Shown here in pieces: positions 58,301 to 64,000 of a DNA stretch of 64,000 nucleotides. Position 1 is the stretch's first letter. Every line of letters starts with the position of its first letter. Both the position numbers and the translations under genes were made by a program. This DNA comes from the human T2T-CHM13v2.0 reference genome, Homo sapiens: assembly GCF_009914755.1 (NCBI RefSeq), contig NC_060939.1; one strand, given 5' to 3'. The notes below the pieces were generated by a model. That model was not told the DNA's origin and did not search any database. It saw only the letters and a program-made list of their open reading frames with translations.

Positions 58301-61300
58301 ATTGTTTCAACACGGTTAGTTGAATGCACACATCCCAAAGATGTTTTTCAGAGTGCTTCTGTGTGGTTTTTATGTGAAGATACTTCCTTTTCCACAATAG
58401 GCCTCAAATCTCTGTAAATATCCACTTGCAGACTCTACAAAGAGTGTTTCCAAACTCCTCAATCATAAGATAGGTTCAACTCCGATAGTTAAATGCACAC
58501 ATCACAAAGAAGTTTCTCGGAAAGCTTCTGTGTAGTTTTTGATGAAGATATCTTCTTCTCTAAAACAGAACTCCAAGCCCTCCAAATATTCACTTCAAGA
58601 TTCTACGGAAAGATTGTCTCAAACTGCTAAATCAAAACAAAGGTTCAACTCTGTGTGATGAATGCATTCATCACAAAGAAGTTTCTCTGAGTGCTTCTGT
58701 GCAGTTTTTATTTGAAGATAATTGCTTTTCCAGTATAGGGCGAAATAGGGCTCCAAATATTCACTTGCAGATTCTACAGAAAGAGAGATTCCAAACTGCT
58801 CAATCAAAACATAGGTTCAACACTGTGAGTTGAATGCATACATCGCAAAGAAGTTTCACAGAGTACTTCTGGGTGGTTTTTATTTGAAGATATTTCCCTT
58901 TCCACAATAGGCCTCAAAGCTTTCCAAATGTCCACTTGCAGATTCCACCAAAAGAGTGTTTCGAAACTGCTCAATCAAAAGAAAGGTTCTACTCTGTGGG
59001 ATGAATGCACACATCACAAAGTAGTTTCTCAGAATGCTTCTGTGTAGTTTTTATGTGAAGATATTTGTTTTTCCACAGTAGGCCCCAAAGAGCTCCAAAT
59101 ATTCACTTGCAGATTCTACAAAAAGAGTGTTCCAAAACTGCTCAATCATGAAATAGGATCAACCCTGTGAGATGAATGTACGTATGACAGAGAAGTTTCT
59201 CAGAATGCTTCTGTGTAGTTTTTATGCGAAGATATTCGACTTTCCACAGTACGCCTCAAAGTTCTCCAATTATCCACTCGTAGATCCTGCAAAAAGAGAG
59301 ATTCAAAACTGCTCAATCAAAAGATAGTTTCTACTCCATTAGCTGAAAGACCACATCACAAAAAAAGTTTCTCAGGATGCTTCTGTGTAGTTTTTATGTG
59401 AAGATATTTGGTTTTCCACAGTAGGCCTCAAAGCGCTCCAAATATCCACTCACAGATTCTGCAAAAAGAGAGATTCAAAACTGCTGAATCAAAAGACAGT
59501 TTCAACTCTGTGACTTCAGTGCACACCTCACAAGGATGTTTCTCAGAATGCTTCTGTGTAGTTTTTATATAAAGATATCTCCTTCTCCAAAATGGATCTC
59601 AAAGTTCTCCAAATATTCACTTCCAGATTCTATGGAAAGATTGTCTCAAAACTGCTCAATCAAACCAAAGGTTCAACTCTGTGAGATGAATGCCCACATC
59701 ACAAAGAAGTTTCTCAGAGTACTTCTGTGTAGTTTCTATTTGAGGATAGTTCCTTTTCCACCACAGACCAGAAAGGGCTCCAAATATCCATTGCAGATGG
59801 TACAAAAAGTGAGATTCAAAACTGCTCAATCCAAAGGTAGTTTCAACCATGTGATATGAATGCACACAGCACAGAGAATTTTCTCAAAATGCGTCTGTCT
59901 AGTTTTTATTTGAAGATATTTCCTTTTCTACCATAGGCCACAAACCTCTCCAAATATCCACATGCAGCTTCTACAAAAAGAGAGATTCAAAACTTCTCAA
60001 TCAAAAGATAGGTTCAACTCTGTGAGTTGAAAGCACACCTCACAAAGAAGTTTCTCAGAGTGCTTCTGTGTGTTTTTATGTGAAGATATTTCCTTTTCCA
60101 CAATAGGCCTCAAAGCTCTCCAAATATCTGCGAGCAGAGTCTACAAAATGAGAGATTCAAAACTGCTCAATGAAAAGATAGGTTCAACTCTGTGAGTTGA
60201 ATGCACACCTCCAAAGAAGTTTCTCAGAATGCTTCCGTGTAGTTTTTATGTGAAGATATTTACTTTTCCACAGTTGTCCCAAAGCTCTAAAATGTCCACT
60301 TGCAGACCCTCCAAAAGAGTGTTTCAGAATTGCTCAATCAAAGGGAAGGTTCAATTCTGTGTGACCAATGCACTCATCACAAAGAAGTTTGTCTGAATGC
60401 TTCTGTGTAGAATTGATTTGAAGATAATTCCTTTTCCACCACAGTCCGCAAAGGGCTAAAAATATCCACTTGCCGATTCCACAAAAAGAGAGATTCAAAA
60501 CTGCTCAATCACAAGATAGGTTCAACTTGGTAATTGGAAAGCACACATGACAAACAATTTCTGAGAATGTTTCTGTGTAGTTTTTAAGGGAAGATATTTG
60601 ATTTTCAAATGTAGGCCTCAAATCGCTCCAAATATCCACTTGCATATTGTACAAAAAGAGAGATTCAAAACTGGTCACTCAAAAGTTAGGTCCAGCTCTG
60701 TGAGCTGAATGCACACATCACAAAGATGTTTCTCAGAAGGTTTCTGTATAGTTTTTATATGAAGATATTTGCTTTTCCACAATATGCCTCAAATCTCCCC
60801 AATTATCCACTTGCAGATTCTAGAAAAAGAGTGTTTCAAAACAGCTCAATCAAAATAAACTTTCAACTCTGTGAGATCAATGCACACATCACAAAGAAGT
60901 TTCTCAGAATGCTTCTGTGTAGTTTTTTTTGTGAAGATATTTGATTTTCCACAGCAGGCTTCCAAGCACTCCAAATATCCACTCGCAGATTCTGCAAAAA
61001 GAGAGATTCAAATCTGCTGAATCAAAAGATAGGTTTAACTCTGTGACTTCAATGCACACCTCACAAGGGTGTTTCTCAGAAAGCTTCTGTGTAGTTTTTA
61101 TATGAAGATATCTCCTTCTCCAAAGCAGGTCTCAAAGCCCTCCAAATATTCACTTCAAGATTCTACGGAAAGATTGTCTCAACACTGCTAAATCTAAACA
61201 AATGTTCAACTCTGTGTGATGAATGCACTCATCACAGAGAAGTTTCTCTGAATGCCTCTGTGTAGTTTTTATTTGAAGATATTTGCTTTTCCAGTATAGG

Positions 61301-61452
61301 GCGAAATAGGGCTCCAAATATTCACTTGCAGATTCTACAAAAGGAGAGATTCCAAACTGCTCAATCAAAACATAGGTTCAACACTGTGAGTTGAATGCAC
61401 ACATCACAAAGAAGTTTCACAGAGTGCTTCTGGGTAGTTTTTATTTGAGGAT

Positions 61453-64000
61453 ATTTCCCTTTCCACAATAGGCCTCAAAGCTTTCCAAATATCCACTTGC
61501 AGATTCTGCAAAAAGAGAGATACAAAACTGCTCTATCAAAAGATAGATTCGACTCTGTGAGTTGAATGCCAACATCGCAAAGAAGTTTCTCAGAATGCTT
61601 CTCTGCAGCTTTTTTGTGAGTATGTTTCGTTTTCCACCATAGGGTGAAATGGGGCTCCAAATATCCACTTGCATTTCCTACAAAAAGAGAGATTCTAAGC
61701 TGCTCAATCAAAACATTGTTTCAACACGGTTAGTTGAATGCACACATCCCAAAGATGTTTTTCAGAGTGCTTCTGTGTGGTTTTTATGTGAAGATACTTC
61801 CTTTTCCACAATAGGCCTCAAATCTCTGTAAATATCCACTTGCAGACTCTACAAAGAGTGTTTCCAAACTGCTCAATCATAAGATAGGTTCAACTCCGAT
61901 AGTTGAATGCACACATCACAAAGAAGTTTCTCGGAAAGCTTCTGTGTAGTTTTTGATGAAGATATCTCCTTCTCTAAAACAGAACTCCAAGCCCTCCAAA
62001 TATTCACTTCAAGATTCTACGGAAAGATTGTCTCAAACTGCTAAATCAAAACAAAGGTTCAACTCTGTGTGATGAATGCATTCATCACAAAGAAGTTTCT
62101 CTGAGTGCTTCTGTGCAGTTTTTATTTGAAGATAATTGCTTTTCCAGTATAGGGCGAAATAGGGCTCCAAATATTCACTTGCAGATTCTACAGAAAGAGA
62201 GATTCCAAACTGCTCAATCAAAACATAGGTTCAACACTGTGAGTTGAATGCATACATCGCAAAGAAGTTTCACAGAGTACTTCTGGGTGGTTTTTATTTG
62301 AAGATATTTCCCTTTCCACAATAGGCCTCAAAGCTTTCCAAATGTCCACTTGCAGATTCCACCAAAAGAGTGTTTCGAAACTGCTCAATCAAAAGAAAGG
62401 TTCTACTCTGTGGGATGAATGCACACATCACAAAGTAGTTTCTCAGAATGCTTCTGTGTAGTTTTTATGTGAAGATATTTGTTTTTCCACAGTAGGCCCC
62501 AAAGAGCTCCAAATATTCACTTGCAGATTCTACAAAAAGAGTGTTCCAAAACTGCTCAATCATGAAATAGGATCAACCCTGTGAGATGAATGTACGTATG
62601 ACAGAGAAGTTTCTCAGAATGCTTCTGTGTAGTTTTTATGCGAAGATATTCGATTTTCCACAGTACGCCTCAAAGTTCTCCAATTATCCACTCGTAGATC
62701 CTGCAAAAAGAGAGATTCAAAACTGCTCAATCAAAAGATAGTTTCTACTCCATTAGCTGAAAGACCACATCACAAAAAAAGTTTCTCAGGATGCTTCTGT
62801 GTAGTTTTTATGTGAAGATATTTGGTTTTCCACAGTAGGCCTCAAAGCGCTCCAAATATCCACTCACAGATTCTGCAAAAAGAGAGATTCAAAACTGCTG
62901 AATCAAAAGACAGTTTCAACTCTGTGACTTCAGTGCACACCTCACAAGGATGTTTCTCAGAATGCTTCTGTGTAGTTTTTATATAAAGATATCTCCTTCT
63001 CCAAAATGGATCTCAAAGTTCTCCAAATATTCACTTCCAGATTCTATGGAAAGATTGTCCCAAAACTGCTCAATCAAACCAAAGGTTCAACTCTGTGAGA
63101 TGAATGCCTACATCACAAAGAAGTTTCTCAGAGTAATTCTGTGTAGTTTCTACTTAAGGATAGTTCCTTTTCCACCACAGACCAGAAAGGGCTCCAAATA
63201 TCCATTGCAGATGGTACAAAAAGTGAGATTCAAAACTGCTCAATCCAAAGGTAGTTTCAACCATGTGATATGAATGCACACAGCACAGAGAATTTTCTCA
63301 AAATGCGTCTGCCTAGTTTTTATTTGAAGATATTTCCTTTTCTACCATAGGCCACAAACGTCTCCAAATATCCACATGCAGCTTCTACAAAAAGAGAGAT
63401 TCAAAACTTCTCAATCAAAAGATAGGTTCAACTCTGTGAGTTGAAAGCACACCTCACAGAGAAGTTTCTCAGAGTGCTTCTGTGTGTTTTTATGTGAAGA
63501 TATTTCCTTTTCCACAATAGGCCTCAAAGCTCTCCAAATATCTGCGAGCAGAGTCTACAAAATGAGAGATTCAAAACTGCTCAATGAAAAGATAGGTTCA
63601 ACTCTGTGAGTTGAATGCACACCTCCAAAGAAGTTTCTCAGAATGCTTCCGTGTAGTTTTTATGTGAAGATATTTACTTTTCCACAGTTGTCCCAAAGCT
63701 CTAAAATGTCCACTTGCAGACCCTCCAAAAGAGTGTTTCAGAATTGCTCAATCAAAGGGAAGGTTCAATTCTGTGTGACCAATGCACTCATCACAAAGAA
63801 GTTTGTCTGAATGCTTCTGTGTAGAATTGATTTGAAGATAATTCCTTTTCCACCACAGTCCGCAAAGGGCTAAAAATATCCACTTGCCGATTCCACAAAA
63901 AGAGAGATTCAAAACTGCTCAATCACAAGATAGGTTCAACTTGGTAATTGGAAAGCACACATGACAAACAATTTCTGAGAATGTTTCTGTGTAGTTTTTA
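61453..64000 (-). repeat. Partial 19th HOR copy (monomers m1-m15), truncated by the window edge; most divergent copy in the window
   Basis: It keeps the same monomer order and phase as U1. Private substitutions at 61645, 61968, 62654, 63060, 63109, 63136, 63153 and 63156. Confidence 0.93.

Larger units (their letters stand above)
1..64000 (-). repeat. Alpha-satellite (alphoid) tandem array, 20-mer HOR, ~18.75 copies (~375 monomers)
   Basis: Seen: the motif chain GAAGATATTT..TTCCAC..AGGCCTCAAA..CTCCAAATATCCACTTGCAGATTCT.CAAAAAGAG..TTCAAAACTGCTCAATCAAAAGATAGGTTCAACTCTGTGAGTTGAATGCACACATCACAAAGAAGTTTCTCAGAATGCTTCTGTGTAGTTTTTAT recurs about every 171 bp. Established: this is the reverse complement of the primate alphoid consensus. 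Every ORF in the track recurs at +3414, and position 34141 restarts exactly like position 1 (10 x 3414). Confidence 0.99.

Noticed and set aside
31869-61645. CpG-decay signature (31869, 58163, 61645)
   Set aside because: Only about three events, which is too few to claim enrichment or infer methylation status.
1-64000. CRISPR-like repeat/spacer array
   Set aside because: There are no unique spacers or cas genes. The whole 171 bp monomer is homologous between neighbours.
1-64000. Embedded transposon, inversion or non-alphoid island
   Set aside because: The unbroken 3414 bp phase and constant orientation leave no room for any insertion.

Overview
The whole 64 kb window is one uninterrupted array of primate alpha-satellite (alphoid, ~171 bp monomer) DNA, with the conventional consensus orientation on the minus strand. 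It is organised as a 20-monomer higher-order repeat (HOR) with an exact period of 3414 bp: 18 complete copies plus a 2548 bp partial copy (copy n starts at 1+3414*(n-1); called U1-U19 here). Copies differ only by scattered single-base substitutions. I saw no indels, transposon insertions, inversions or structural HOR variants. No monomer carries a CENP-B box; all have the A-type (pJalpha-like) box, which fits an SF4-like, probably non-kinetochore HOR array. It is possibly the human chr15 20-mer, but that assignment is from memory and unverified. All ORFs in the track are by-products of the satellite and are not called as genes. I found no novel gene system. The informative signal is evolutionary structure: internal duplications inside the HOR unit, blocks of copies sharing SNV haplotypes, a 3-HOR (10,242 bp) super-periodicity in the right half, and a divergent HOR copy at the right edge. 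All variant calls were read by eye and need confirming by alignment.
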